Assembly (NCBI GenBank): GCA_964458855.1
Contig: CAYWJS010000003.1
Coordinates: forward strand, 1,957-65,956
From: an uncultured Erysipelotrichia bacterium
Lineage (GTDB): Bacteria; Bacillota_I; Bacilli_A; CAYWJS01
Length of the DNA stretch: 64,000 nt
Direction: 5' to 3'
Shown: positions 18,918 to 28,695 of the stretch, in pieces
Layout: every line of letters begins with the position of its first letter
How positions within the stretch are numbered: the first letter of the stretch is position 1
Translations under genes and position numbers: made by a program
The notes under the pieces: model-generated
The model's input: the letters and a program-made list of their open reading frames with translations, nothing else
Database searches by the model: none
Told to the model about the DNA's origin: nothing

Positions 18918-20570
18918 TCAATAAAATCTTTGAAATCTTTTTTCCATACGCTCTCTTCCCAAAAGCTGAATAATATCATAAAGGTTTGGTGTCATATCAC
19001 GTGTTGTTAAAGCAACGCGAATAACAGTTGTAACATCTGCAACATTCCCTTTATAAGCATCAGGATTTTTTCTATACTCTTTCATTTCAGCAGCATATCC
19101 AAGTTTAGAAGACATTTCTTTAATTTTTGCAAACCAAGTTGGTTGATCATCTTCTTCGTTATAATATTCAGTAATAAATGTCTTAAGAATTGTTTTAATT
19201 TCTTCTGGATTATTGATTTTTTTAAATTTATAATCTAAGTCTCCTGTAAATAACTCATCATACATATACCATACTTCATCTTTAATTTTGCCAAATGTAA
19301 CATAATCTTTCCTTGGGTTTTCTCGTTCCCTTTCAATATTAAAAATTTTAATTGAATAATCTGAATATTTCATTAAAAGTTCTGCAAATTCTAAATCATA
19401 TTCCTTAGCATGCTTTAAAGCTCTTTCATATACTTCTTTTGCCGTAAGACGACTAATAAAATTTTTTGAAATATGAAGAAGTTTTTCAAGATCAAAAAGC
19501 GAGCCACTAGTACTTACTTTTTTAAAATCAAATTCAAAGTTTTCAATTGTTGCATCTGGATTACTTTCATACCATTCTTCAAAATTAGAATTTGCAACTG
19601 TCATAATATAAAGCAAAACTGCTTCCGTTGGTATTCCTTTTTCATAATAATAACTTACTGCTGCTTCTGGATCTTTTCTTTTACTTAATTTTCTTCTTGA
19701 ACCTGTCTCATCTATTTTCATAAGGGGTGAAAGATGTGCATATTTTGGTGGTTCAAAACCAAAAACTTGAAATAGTTGCACATGTATTGGAAGTGATGAA
19801 AGCCATTCATCCCCTCGAATTACATGCGTTGTTCTCATTAAGTAATCATCTACAAGATGTGCAAAGTGATATGTTGGAAGCCCATCTCCTTTTATTAAGA
19901 CAACATCCAAATCATTTTCAGGAAACTCTACTCTTCCTTTTACTAAATCTTCAAAAACAATTTTGTTTTCAAAGTTTCCTGGTGATTTTAGACGAATTAC
20001 ATAAGGCTTTCCAGCACGAATTTTCTTTATTGCTTCTTGAAAAGTAAGATTTCTACATTTCGCATACTTTCCATAATAACCAATTCTTGCTTTTACCCCT
20101 TCTTGACTTTTTCTTTCTTCTTCTAGTTCTTCTTCAGTACAAAAACAAGGGTATGCAAGCCCTTTTTCTATTAGATGGCGAGCAAAAGCATGATAAATTT
20201 CTTTTCTTTTACTTTGAATATAAGGGCCATAATTTCCAATCTCTTCTGTTTCACTAATCATTCCTTCATCAAAGGTAATGTTAAAGTTTTTAAGATCACG
20301 AATAATATTTACAATTCCGTTTTTAACACTTCGTTTTTGATCTGTATCTTCAATTCTTAAGAAAAATACACCACCTGTTTGTTCTGCAACTTTCTTAGCA
20401 ATAAAAGAAGAAAACAAAGAACCAAGATGTACAAAGCCCGTTGGGCTTGGTGCAAATCTTGTTACTACTTGTCCTTCTTTTAAATTTCTTTTTGGATAAA
20501 TTTTTTCATAGTCTTCTACTGTTTTTGTAATATTAGGAAACAAAATATCAGCAAATTCTTTGTTTGTCAT
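18918..20570 (-). CDS. gltX: Glutamate--tRNA ligase (GluRS-type class I synthetase, longer than usual)
   Basis: 550 aa; RFAPSPTGFVHLG HIGH-type motif, RIEDTD, KLSKR (KMSKS-like). Confidence 0.85.
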   Translation of the reverse strand: MTNKEFADILFPNITKTVEDYEKIYPKRNLKEGQVVTRFAPSPTGFVHLGSLFSSFIAKKVAEQTGGVFFLRIEDTDQKRSVKNGIVNIIRDLKNFNITFDEGMISETEEIGNYGPYIQSKRKEIYHAFARHLIEKGLAYPCFCTEEELEEERKSQEGVKARIGYYGKYAKCRNLTFQEAIKKIRAGKPYVIRLKSPGNFENKIVFEDLVKGRVEFPENDLDVVLIKGDGLPTYHFAHLVDDYLMRTTHVIRGDEWLSSLPIHVQLFQVFGFEPPKYAHLSPLMKIDETGSRRKLSKRKDPEAAVSYYYEKGIPTEAVLLYIMTVANSNFEEWYESNPDATIENFEFDFKKVSTSGSLFDLEKLLHISKNFISRLTAKEVYERALKHAKEYDLEFAELLMKYSDYSIKIFNIERERENPRKDYVTFGKIKDEVWYMYDELFTGDLDYKFKKINNPEEIKTILKTFITEYYNEEDDQPTWFAKIKEMSSKLGYAAEMKEYRKNPDAYKGNVADVTTVIRVALTTRDMTPNLYDIIQLLGRERMEKRFQRFY

Positions 20571-20610
20571 ATTATCCCTCTTTTATCTTAAATGCTACCT
20601 TATATTATAA

Positions 20611-20642
20611 CAAAAAAAAAGAACTATTAATAGTAATAGTTC
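20611..20642 (-). terminator. Rho-independent terminator after tRNA-Met
   Basis: gaactatta/taatagttc stem followed by a 9-nt T-run on the minus strand. Confidence 0.5.
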
Positions 20643-20655
20643 TATTTATTTTCAT

Positions 20656-20732
20656 TGGTAGCGATGGAGGGACTTGAACCCCCGACCTGCCGGGTATGAA
20701 CCGGACGCTCTAGCCAACTGAGCTACATCGCC
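20656..20732 (-). tRNA. tRNA-Met (anticodon CAU), elongator type by acceptor and anticodon stem; tRNA-Ile2 (lysidine) not excluded
   Basis: 77-nt cloverleaf, D-stem GCTC/GAGC, anticodon loop TTCATAC, TPsiC GGGGG/TTCAAGT/CCCTC, CCA encoded. Confidence 0.85.
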
Positions 20733-21015
20733 ATCTGCTCTATAATAATAGCAAATTTTTTCAAAAGATGCAATATTAAAAATTTTGCATTATAAAGTTA
20801 ATTCTTTCGTAAAACCTTTTCTTTTTTTCTTACTATTTTTTTCAAAATTTTCTAATTTAAAAGATGGAACTATAATTGCTTCTGTTTTTTCGTTATTATA
20901 TAAATCGTTTTTATGATCATCTAAATTAAGTAAAAATAATTGGTACTTTTTTGTTTTTCTTTTTCCTCTCCCCTAATTATGCACTATATAATAACATTCA
21001 ATTAAATTTAATGCA

Positions 21016-21046
21016 ACCAAAAAAAGAAGTCAAAGAAATGACTTCT
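21016..21046 (-). terminator. Hairpin terminator downstream of the small basic ORF
   Basis: agaagtca/tgacttct stem with T-runs on both strands. Confidence 0.45.
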
Positions 21047-21063
21047 TTTTTCTTCTATAACTT

Positions 21064-21228
21064 TTATAACTTTAATTCCAAAGACTTTCCTTTTTCCTTT
21101 TTTTGGTAATGGTAATAAGGGAAACCTTTTTTTCTTTTACAAACTAATTGATATTCTAATTTTTTTACTTGTCTAATTAATTGTTCTTTTTCTTTATCTT
21201 TAATCTTCCTTCTGGTTTTATAGCTCAT
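21064..21228 (-). CDS. Small highly basic protein (56 aa), hypothetical; below the ORF-track length cut-off
   Basis: Hand translation MSYKTRRKIKDKEKEQLIRQVKKLEYQLVCKRKKGFPYYHYQKKEKGKSLELKL*; perfect RBS GGAGG about 8 nt upstream of ATG; own terminator. Confidence 0.35.
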   Translation of the reverse strand: MSYKTRRKIKDKEKEQLIRQVKKLEYQLVCKRKKGFPYYHYQKKEKGKSLELKL

Positions 21229-21250
21229 ATATAAAACCTCCTCTAAGTCA

Positions 21251-22507
21251 TTACTCGTAGCGCAAAATATATTTATCTTTAAACTTCTCTTTATTTAGTG
21301 TATGCGGACTATACTCAGGAAATACTATTGTATCTTGATTTCCATCAGAAACATAACGTGAATCCTTATAAGAGGCAAAAGCATTATCAATTATTTCTGG
21401 TGGAGCACCCCAATTAATTTCATCATTTGCTTCATTAGTTGCTCTTATTCTTGGAATATTATAAATATCTATTTTTTCATCATATATTGAGCGACTAAAC
21501 CATTTTCCTATATTTAACGCTGCTTGCATTTTATAGGGAACTCCATTATATGAACCTGACTTTAAAGCAGGAAAGTTTGCATGATTTGGATCTGTAAGAG
21601 AACCATTTGGTTTAGCAAGAACTTGTAAATGACGCCCTGGAACAATGCTTTCTAAAAGTTGCTCAATCTTTCCTATTTCTTCTTCTACTTTTTCATAAGA
21701 GACCTTATCTAAAGGAGTATGACTATAAGTATGATTTGCTACCTCATAACCATTTTCAACAAGCCACTTTATTTTGAGTTCTTCATGTGTTCTACCATTA
21801 AATAATCCTTTATTTAAAAAGAAAGTTGCGGTAACATTATAATCTGGATATTTTTTCTTAAATTCTTCTAAAATACCTACAGCACATTTTGGATCAATTA
21901 TAATGTTTCCGTCTTCATCAAATCCTAAAATATTAAAATTATCACGATTTCCATCATCAAAAGTTAAAACAATTGGTGAATATCCAAGTGGTGTTGAAAT
22001 ATTACCACTAATGAAGTCCCCAAGAGTAATCATGCGGTATCCTTCTTCATAAAAAAACTCTAAATCTTTTTTAAAATCTTCATAATAACGGTTATAACCT
22101 GCATAATCCACTTGTTCTCTCGTTGCTCGTATTCCATGGTACATCATAATTGGGACATACCCAAGTTCATTAACTTTATACCTTGCTATTTCTTCTGGAT
22201 CAAGTGAACCTTTTGAAATAACAATTTGTTCTTTTCCTTTAAAATCATTTAATATTGTGTTTGGTTCAATAGTTTGTGAAATTATTTTTCCCTTTGGAAC
22301 ATTAGTTGTATAAATATAAGTTATCTCATAATCTAAGTTTACTTTTTCAGCAAACGCAATAAACTCAGCCTCCCTTTTCCCCACAAAGTTTGGCATTTTA
22401 ACACGTGAAAATTGATAATACAAAAATACGCCCACTATTATTAAAGTTATAACGAGAAGTGTTCTTTTTAAAAATACCATCTTATTAAATCTTCTTCGCC
22501 TATACAT
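21251..22507 (-). CDS. Membrane-anchored polysaccharide deacetylase (NodB homology domain)
   Basis: 418 aa; N-terminal TM, NodB motifs LTFDDG and H-containing motifs. Confidence 0.75.
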   Translation of the reverse strand: MYRRRRFNKMVFLKRTLLVITLIIVGVFLYYQFSRVKMPNFVGKREAEFIAFAEKVNLDYEITYIYTTNVPKGKIISQTIEPNTILNDFKGKEQIVISKGSLDPEEIARYKVNELGYVPIMMYHGIRATREQVDYAGYNRYYEDFKKDLEFFYEEGYRMITLGDFISGNISTPLGYSPIVLTFDDGNRDNFNILGFDEDGNIIIDPKCAVGILEEFKKKYPDYNVTATFFLNKGLFNGRTHEELKIKWLVENGYEVANHTYSHTPLDKVSYEKVEEEIGKIEQLLESIVPGRHLQVLAKPNGSLTDPNHANFPALKSGSYNGVPYKMQAALNIGKWFSRSIYDEKIDIYNIPRIRATNEANDEINWGAPPEIIDNAFASYKDSRYVSDGNQDTIVFPEYSPHTLNKEKFKDKYILRYE

Positions 22508-22515
22508 TTTACCAC

Positions 22516-23568
22516 CTACCTTATATAATTTCGTTTTAATCTTTTATCTAAGTTAGTTACCACTTCATAATTAATTGTTCCCGCCTTTTCTGCAATTTCA
22601 TCTACAGTAATATTGGGTCCAATTAATTCAACAGTATCACCTACTAAAACTTTATCATCTACCTCAACCATTAGAAGGTCCATACAAATGCGTCCTACAA
22701 TTCTGTAATGTTTATCGGAAATTACAACTGGTACATCTTCATACCTTCTTAACCAACCATCACCATAACCAATAGGAATAACTGCAATTTTCGTATCTTT
22801 TTTGGCAACATACTTTGGCCCATAACTTACAAATTCGCCTTTTTTTAAGTTTTTAATTTGAACAACATTACTATATAAACTAAGTATTGGTTTTAAATTA
22901 AGATCAAGATTAGGTGCTGGTTTTAGACCATATAAAGCAAGTCCTGGTCGAACTGCATTTGTAAAATCTTCTTTCTGCTTTATTAAAGCAGCTGAAGCAG
23001 AGGTATGAATATATTTAAAATCATAATCAATTTCATTTAAAATTTGAACAAAAAAATCCCTTTGTTTAAAGTAAAGTTCATCATTTGTATCAACAGTTGC
23101 ATAATGCGTGTATATTCCTTCTAAGCATAAGTTTTCATTATTTTTTATAATACTTATTGCTTCCTTTATCTCATCAATACTTTTTAACCCCAATCTATTC
23201 ATTCCAGTGTCAACTTTTAAATGAAGTTTTATTTTTTCTTTTGGAGTTATTTTTTTTAACCAATCAAGAGAAAATATTGTAAGAGTTAAATCATTTTCTA
23301 AAGCAAGTGAAATATCACTTGGATCAATTGGACTTAAAATAAGTATTGGTGTTTTTATATTTGCTTTTCTTAAAATGAGTGCCTCACTTATCCTTGCAAC
23401 AGCAAGATAAGCAACTCTTTCTTTTTCTAAAACTTTGGCAATTTCTACAGCACCATGTCCATATGCATCAGCTTTTACCACAGCAATAATTTTTTTATTA
23501 GTATGTTTTTTTATTTGATTTAAATTATAAATTAGGTTTGTTAAGTTGATAACACAATTTTTGTCCAT
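22516..23568 (-). CDS. alr: Alanine racemase
   Basis: 350 aa; AVVKADAYGHG PLP-lysine motif, GYGDG, GRICMD. Confidence 0.85.
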   Translation of the reverse strand: MDKNCVINLTNLIYNLNQIKKHTNKKIIAVVKADAYGHGAVEIAKVLEKERVAYLAVARISEALILRKANIKTPILILSPIDPSDISLALENDLTLTIFSLDWLKKITPKEKIKLHLKVDTGMNRLGLKSIDEIKEAISIIKNNENLCLEGIYTHYATVDTNDELYFKQRDFFVQILNEIDYDFKYIHTSASAALIKQKEDFTNAVRPGLALYGLKPAPNLDLNLKPILSLYSNVVQIKNLKKGEFVSYGPKYVAKKDTKIAVIPIGYGDGWLRRYEDVPVVISDKHYRIVGRICMDLLMVEVDDKVLVGDTVELIGPNITVDEIAEKAGTINYEVVTNLDKRLKRNYIR

Positions 23569-23624
23569 TTTTATACACCTTCATTTTTTATTTTAACATA
23601 AAAAAATCTAAATAAAAATCTATG

Positions 23625-24059
23625 TTACTTACCTTTATTTGCCAAAGACTCATAAATTTTAAATACTTCCGGTAAATATTTATTTATCATTACAGGACGA
23701 AAAGTTTTTGTTTCTACACAAACAACAGTTGATGTTCCCTCTACTAATAATTCTCCTTTCTCATTAAAAATTTTATGAGCATATGTTGTCCTTACTTTGT
23801 TAAATTCTAAAACTTTTGTTTTTACTTTTACTTTATCCCCAAAACGAGCTGGGCGAAAATATTTTATATTGATTTCCCTTACTGGAAATATTATTCCCCT
23901 TTCTTTTACCTCATTTAAAGTAAAACCTAACTCTTCAAAAAAACTAGTGCGTCCTAAATCAAACCAAATTAAGTAATTTGCATGATACACAACACCCATT
24001 TCATCTGTCTCGTTATATCTTACACTTAACTCAATTTCATTTTCCATCTTTATTATCAC
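23625..24059 (-). CDS. Acyl-CoA thioesterase, hotdog fold (YbgC/4HBT family)
   Basis: 144 aa; N-terminal RYNETDEMGVVYHANYL signature. Confidence 0.7.
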   Translation of the reverse strand: MIIKMENEIELSVRYNETDEMGVVYHANYLIWFDLGRTSFFEELGFTLNEVKERGIIFPVREINIKYFRPARFGDKVKVKTKVLEFNKVRTTYAHKIFNEKGELLVEGTSTVVCVETKTFRPVMINKYLPEVFKIYESLANKGK

Positions 24060-24118
24060 CCTATTTGTATTGTAGCATAAAACATTTTAAGTGTAATAAT
24101 AAAATTGTTGAAAAAATG

Positions 24119-24127
24119 TGCTATAAT
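24119..24127 (+). promoter_or_regulatory. Extended -10 promoter element TGcTATAAT upstream of the thioredoxin-like gene
   Basis: Read directly; about 24 nt upstream of RBS GAAGGAG and ATG at 24151; -35 not clear. Confidence 0.35.
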
Positions 24128-24150
24128 TTTTTTATAGAAGGAGCGTTCTT

Positions 24151-24417
24151 ATGAAAGTTTTAGTATTTGGTGCAGTTTGGTGTCCTGAATGCATTATTAT
24201 GAAACCAATTTTAGAAGAAATCCAAAGTGAAATAAAAAATATTAAGATTGAATATTATGACTGCGATGAACATAAAGAATTAGAAAAAAAATGGAATGTA
24301 AAAAAAGTTCCAACTTATATTTTTCTAAATAAAAATAATGAAGAAGTTGAAAGAAAAACTGGAATATTATCAAAGAAAAAATTTCTTTCTTACATTGAAA
24401 AATATAATAACAATTAA
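24151..24417 (+). CDS. Small cytoplasmic thioredoxin/glutaredoxin-like protein with WCPEC active site
   Basis: 88 aa; CxxC motif in thioredoxin-fold context. Confidence 0.7.
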   Translation: MKVLVFGAVWCPECIIMKPILEEIQSEIKNIKIEYYDCDEHKELEKKWNVKKVPTYIFLNKNNEEVERKTGILSKKKFLSYIEKYNNN

Positions 24418-24428
24418 TGGAGGTTAAC

Positions 24429-25622
24429 ATGAAAAAAATATTAAAAGGATTATTAATGCTACTTATTTTTCTTACAATTTTCTTACCAAATATAGCACTC
24501 GCACAAGAGAAAAATATTACAATTCATGTCTTTGGAACTTATACGTGTTCAAATTGCGAGAATGCAAAAATGTATTTAAATACATTAAAAGATAAATACG
24601 AAAATATTAATATCATTTATTACGAAATAAATGAAAAAGAAAACTCTACATTTTTTAACAAAACCCTTAAGTTTTTCAACCAAAAAACACCAAGAGTTCC
24701 TTTTATTGTAATTGGAAATCAAACACTTACAGGTTTTTCTTTAGGTATTACTGATAAACAAATTGAAACAATTATTATTAACTACCAAATAGGCAAAAAT
24801 GAATATCATGATTATGTTGATGCAATCTTAAAAGATGAAACAGAAAAACTTCCGCCACTTAAAGAAAACATTATTCCAGAAAAAATAAACATTCCTTTTT
24901 TTGGAGATATTACTCTTAAAAATTTATCACTTCCTATAATTACTATCATTTTGGGGGTATTGGATGGATTTAATCCTTGTGCAATGTGGGTGCTTTTATT
25001 TTTAATTAGTACCCTTTTAGGACTCAATGACAAGAAAAAAATTAAGATTTATGGATTTACTTTTATCCTTACCTCGGCAGTTATTTACTATATTTTTATG
25101 AGCGCCTGGTTAAATCTTGCAATTTTTGCTAGTACGTTATTTTGGTTCCGCTTACTAATTGCAATAATTGCTTTTATTGGTGGTAGTATTAATATTTATA
25201 ATGCTTTTAAAGAAGATGATGGTTGTACCGTAATTGATGAAAAAAAGCGAACAAAAATTTTCACTAGAATTAAAAGTTTTGTTCAAGAAAAACAACTTGT
25301 ATTAGCACTACTTGGTATAATTTTTCTTGCCATTTCAGTAAATATAATTGAATTATTTTGCTCAGCAGGATTTCCAGTTATTTATACTCAAATTCTTGCT
25401 ATGAATAATCTTTCACCTATTTTCTATTATTTATACTTAATTTTTTATGTTTTATTCTTTATGCTTGATGATATACTTATTTTCTTGGTTGCAATAAAAA
25501 CTCTTGAGTTAAAAGCCTTTTCAACAAAATATAGTCGTATTACTAAAATTATCGGTGGAATATTAATGATTATAATTGGATTATTGCTTTTAATTAATCC
25601 TAATCTGTTAAGTTTTAGTTAA
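24429..25622 (+). CDS. Fusion of an extracytoplasmic thioredoxin-like domain (CSNC) with a CcdA/DsbD-type transmembrane thiol-disulfide electron relay
   Basis: ORF track starts at 24417; likely start ATG 24429 after RBS GGAGG; signal/TM, CxxC domain, then TM core with GFNPC and LFCSAGFP cysteines. Confidence 0.65.
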   Translation: MKKILKGLLMLLIFLTIFLPNIALAQEKNITIHVFGTYTCSNCENAKMYLNTLKDKYENINIIYYEINEKENSTFFNKTLKFFNQKTPRVPFIVIGNQTLTGFSLGITDKQIETIIINYQIGKNEYHDYVDAILKDETEKLPPLKENIIPEKINIPFFGDITLKNLSLPIITIILGVLDGFNPCAMWVLLFLISTLLGLNDKKKIKIYGFTFILTSAVIYYIFMSAWLNLAIFASTLFWFRLLIAIIAFIGGSINIYNAFKEDDGCTVIDEKKRTKIFTRIKSFVQEKQLVLALLGIIFLAISVNIIELFCSAGFPVIYTQILAMNNLSPIFYYLYLIFYVLFFMLDDILIFLVAIKTLELKAFSTKYSRITKIIGGILMIIIGLLLLINPNLLSFS

Positions 25623-25704
25623 ACTTTACATAATTTGATATCTGTTATTTTAAAAAATTATGTCTTATAATGTGGATAAGAGTATTAAGGGGAGAGGATA
25701 ATCT

Positions 25705-27804
25705 ATGTTGGAAAAAGTAATTAAAAGATCAGGAAGATTACAAACTTTTAATCGCAAAAAGATTGAGATTGCAATATACAAAGCAATTATTAACACAAGA
25801 ACTGATATTAGTATTCAAAAAGCAAAAGAAATGAGTGAACTTGCAACAAATATTGTGATTTTTAAATTAAATATGAAAAATGAACCAATTGTTCACTTAG
25901 AAGAAATTCAAGATGCAGTAGAAGAGACCCTAATGAATCTTGGTATGACTGATGTTGCAAGAAGTTATATTCGATATCGTTTCCAACGCGAACAAATTAG
26001 AAACGATAAAAAGGCAGCAACTACTGTTGAAAAAATGATTAAAAATTATATCAGAGAAGATGATTGGGAAGTTAGGGAAAATTCCAATATAGATTATTCC
26101 TTACAAGGATTAAATAATTATATTGTTACTAATATTACAAGAGAATTCTGGTTAAATTATGTTTTCTCACCAGAGCAAAGAAAAGCCCATGAAGAAGGAG
26201 ATCTTCATATTCATGATTTAGGAATTCTTTCAACTTATTGCTGTGGATGGGATTTAGAAGCATTACTTTTAAAAGGATTTACTGGTGTTAAAAATAAAAT
26301 TCAAAGTAAACCACCAAAACACTTTAAAACTGCTTTAGGACAACTTGTAAACTTTTTTTATACTCTGCAAGGAGAAGCAGCAGGAGCACAAGCTGTATCA
26401 AATTTTGATACCCTTCTTGCACCTTTTATAAGATACGATAATCTTTCATACAAAGAAGTTAAACAAGCAATGCAAGAATTTATTTTTAATCTAAATGTTC
26501 CAACAAGAGTTGGTTTTCAAACACCTTTTGTAAATATTACAATGGATATTACTGTTTCACCTTTATATAAAGACAAACCAATTATTATTGGCGGTGAATA
26601 TAAAGAAGAAAAATATGGTGATTTCCAAAAAGAAATGAACATGATTAACCGTGCTTTCTGTGAAATAATGGTTGAGGGAGATGCAAGTGGAAGAGTATTT
26701 ACCTTCCCAATTCCAACTTATAACATTACCAAAGATTTTGACTGGGATAATGAAGTTGTTGATGACATCATGAAAATGACTAGCAAATATGGTATTCCTT
26801 ATTTTTCAAACTTTGTTAATAGTGATATGAAACCAGAAGATGCAAGAAGTATGTGTTGTCGTCTAAGACTTGATAATAGAGAACTAAGAAAACGTGGTGG
26901 CGGTCTATTTGGTGCCAACCCATTAACAGGAAGTATTGGGGTTGTTACAATTAACTTACCACGCTTAGGTTATCTTTATAAAACAAAAAGTGAATTCAAA
27001 GAAACTTTAAGAATTTTAATGGATATTGCTAAGGGGATTCTTGAAGCAAGAAGAAAATTAATTGAAAAAAATACTCAAACGGGTCTTTATCCTTACAGTG
27101 CTTTCTATTTAAGTGATGTCTACGAAAGATTTGGTGAATACTGGAAAAATCACTTTAATACAATTGGAATTGTAGGAATGAATGAGTGTATTAGGAATTT
27201 TTACAATGATAAAGAAAATATCACTACTCAAAAAGGTCAAAAGTTTGCAAATGATATTTTAGACTTTATGCGTAAGGTTATTACTGAATACCAAAAAGAT
27301 GGTGATCTTTATAACTTAGAGGCAACACCTGCTGAAAGTACAGCTTATCGTCTAGCGAAAAAAGATAAAGAAAAATATCCAGATATTATTACCGCTGGTG
27401 ATAAAGAACCATATTACACAAATAGTAGTCAACTCCCAGTTGGCTATACAGACGATCTTTTTGAAGCCCTTAACTTACAAGATTCACTACAAGCAAAATA
27501 TACTGGAGGGACAGTATTCCATGCTTATCTTGGAGAAAAGATTGATGATTACCTTGTAACAAAAAATATAATAAAAAATATCTTTAGAAATTATACTTTA
27601 CCTTATTTTTCAATTACTCCAACTTTCTCAATTTGTAAAGATCATGGGTATTTAAATGGTGAACAATTTAAATGTCCAGAATGTGGTAGTGAAACTGAGG
27701 TTTGGACAAGGGTTGTAGGATTCTATCGTCCAGTACAAAACTTCAATAAAGGAAAACAAGAAGAATATAAAGATCGCCTAGAATTTGTTGTAGAAACGAA
27801 GTGA
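25705..27804 (+). CDS. nrdD: Anaerobic ribonucleoside-triphosphate reductase (class III RNR)
   Basis: 699 aa; N-terminal ATP-cone, C-terminal CPECG zinc ribbon and glycyl-radical region RVVGFYRP. Confidence 0.9.
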   Translation: MLEKVIKRSGRLQTFNRKKIEIAIYKAIINTRTDISIQKAKEMSELATNIVIFKLNMKNEPIVHLEEIQDAVEETLMNLGMTDVARSYIRYRFQREQIRNDKKAATTVEKMIKNYIREDDWEVRENSNIDYSLQGLNNYIVTNITREFWLNYVFSPEQRKAHEEGDLHIHDLGILSTYCCGWDLEALLLKGFTGVKNKIQSKPPKHFKTALGQLVNFFYTLQGEAAGAQAVSNFDTLLAPFIRYDNLSYKEVKQAMQEFIFNLNVPTRVGFQTPFVNITMDITVSPLYKDKPIIIGGEYKEEKYGDFQKEMNMINRAFCEIMVEGDASGRVFTFPIPTYNITKDFDWDNEVVDDIMKMTSKYGIPYFSNFVNSDMKPEDARSMCCRLRLDNRELRKRGGGLFGANPLTGSIGVVTINLPRLGYLYKTKSEFKETLRILMDIAKGILEARRKLIEKNTQTGLYPYSAFYLSDVYERFGEYWKNHFNTIGIVGMNECIRNFYNDKENITTQKGQKFANDILDFMRKVITEYQKDGDLYNLEATPAESTAYRLAKKDKEKYPDIITAGDKEPYYTNSSQLPVGYTDDLFEALNLQDSLQAKYTGGTVFHAYLGEKIDDYLVTKNIIKNIFRNYTLPYFSITPTFSICKDHGYLNGEQFKCPECGSETEVWTRVVGFYRPVQNFNKGKQEEYKDRLEFVVETK

Positions 27805-28478
27805 TGAAAATGATTTTTGGTTTAACTAAAACATCATTTGTTGATTATCCAGGGGAAGTATCATTTGTTATATTTTTAGGGGGCTGCAATATGCGATGCC
27901 CCTATTGTCACAATAAATCAATTGTTAATAAAGAAAACAGTATCTACGAGTTAAATACTGTTTTAGAAATGATAAAAGAAAGAAAAGGTTTTCTTAATGC
28001 TGTTGTTATTACTGGTGGTGAACCAACTGTTCATGGTGAACAATTAATTGAACTAATAAAAAAAATAAAAGCTTTAGGTTTTAAAGTAAAACTCGATACA
28101 AACGGCACACATCCGAACTTAGTTAATAAAATTATCAGTAATAACTTAATTGATTATATTGCAATGGATATTAAAAATACTTTCTCTAAATATGAACTAA
28201 CAACAAATGTAAAAATCAATATTGAGAAAATAAAAGAATCGATTAAATTAATTGAAAGTAGTAATATCCCTTATGAGTTCAGAATGACAGTGAATAAAAA
28301 TATGCAGTCAGAAGAAGATATTAAAGAAGTGTTTACTTATATTGAAGAACCAGAAAAATTAAAACTCCAAGCATATCGTTATAGTACTGAACAACTAGAG
28401 AATATAGAGTTTGAAACTTATAGTGATGAAGAATTAAATAACTTAAAAGAAGAAGTAATTTCAATAAATCAAAAATAA
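27801..28478 (+). CDS. nrdG: Anaerobic RNR activating protein (radical SAM)
   Basis: 225 aa; CNMRCPYCHN cluster motif; 4-nt overlap with nrdD. Confidence 0.85.
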   Translation: MMKMIFGLTKTSFVDYPGEVSFVIFLGGCNMRCPYCHNKSIVNKENSIYELNTVLEMIKERKGFLNAVVITGGEPTVHGEQLIELIKKIKALGFKVKLDTNGTHPNLVNKIISNNLIDYIAMDIKNTFSKYELTTNVKINIEKIKESIKLIESSNIPYEFRMTVNKNMQSEEDIKEVFTYIEEPEKLKLQAYRYSTEQLENIEFETYSDEELNNLKEEVISINQK

Positions 28479-28505
28479 TAAAGTATTAATATCATTTAAA
28501 ATTAA

Positions 28506-28695
28506 TAATTATGTTATCATGTTTATAGATACTTGTTTTTATTAGGATTACGATAGGAAGTGGATATTTTGCAAAATGGAAAAGGATTTACATTAATCGA
28601 TAATTATGTTATCATGTTTATAGATACTTGTTTTTATTAGGATTACGATAGGAAGTGGATATTTTGCAAAATGGAAAAGGATTTACATTAATCGA
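28506..28695. repeat. Perfect tandem duplication, 2 x 95 bp (28506-28600 and 28601-28695), covering promoter, RBS and the first codons of the downstream pilin-like gene
   Basis: Both copies read base by base and are identical. Confidence 0.9.

Noticed and set aside
19473-20360. Three plus-strand ORFs (71, 106 and 61 aa) inside gltX
   Set aside because: Antisense to a well-supported synthetase gene, low-complexity translations; spurious.
25623-25704. NrdR box or riboswitch upstream of nrdD
   Set aside because: I could not identify a convincing 16-bp NrdR palindrome or conserved riboswitch core in this 82-nt leader by eye.
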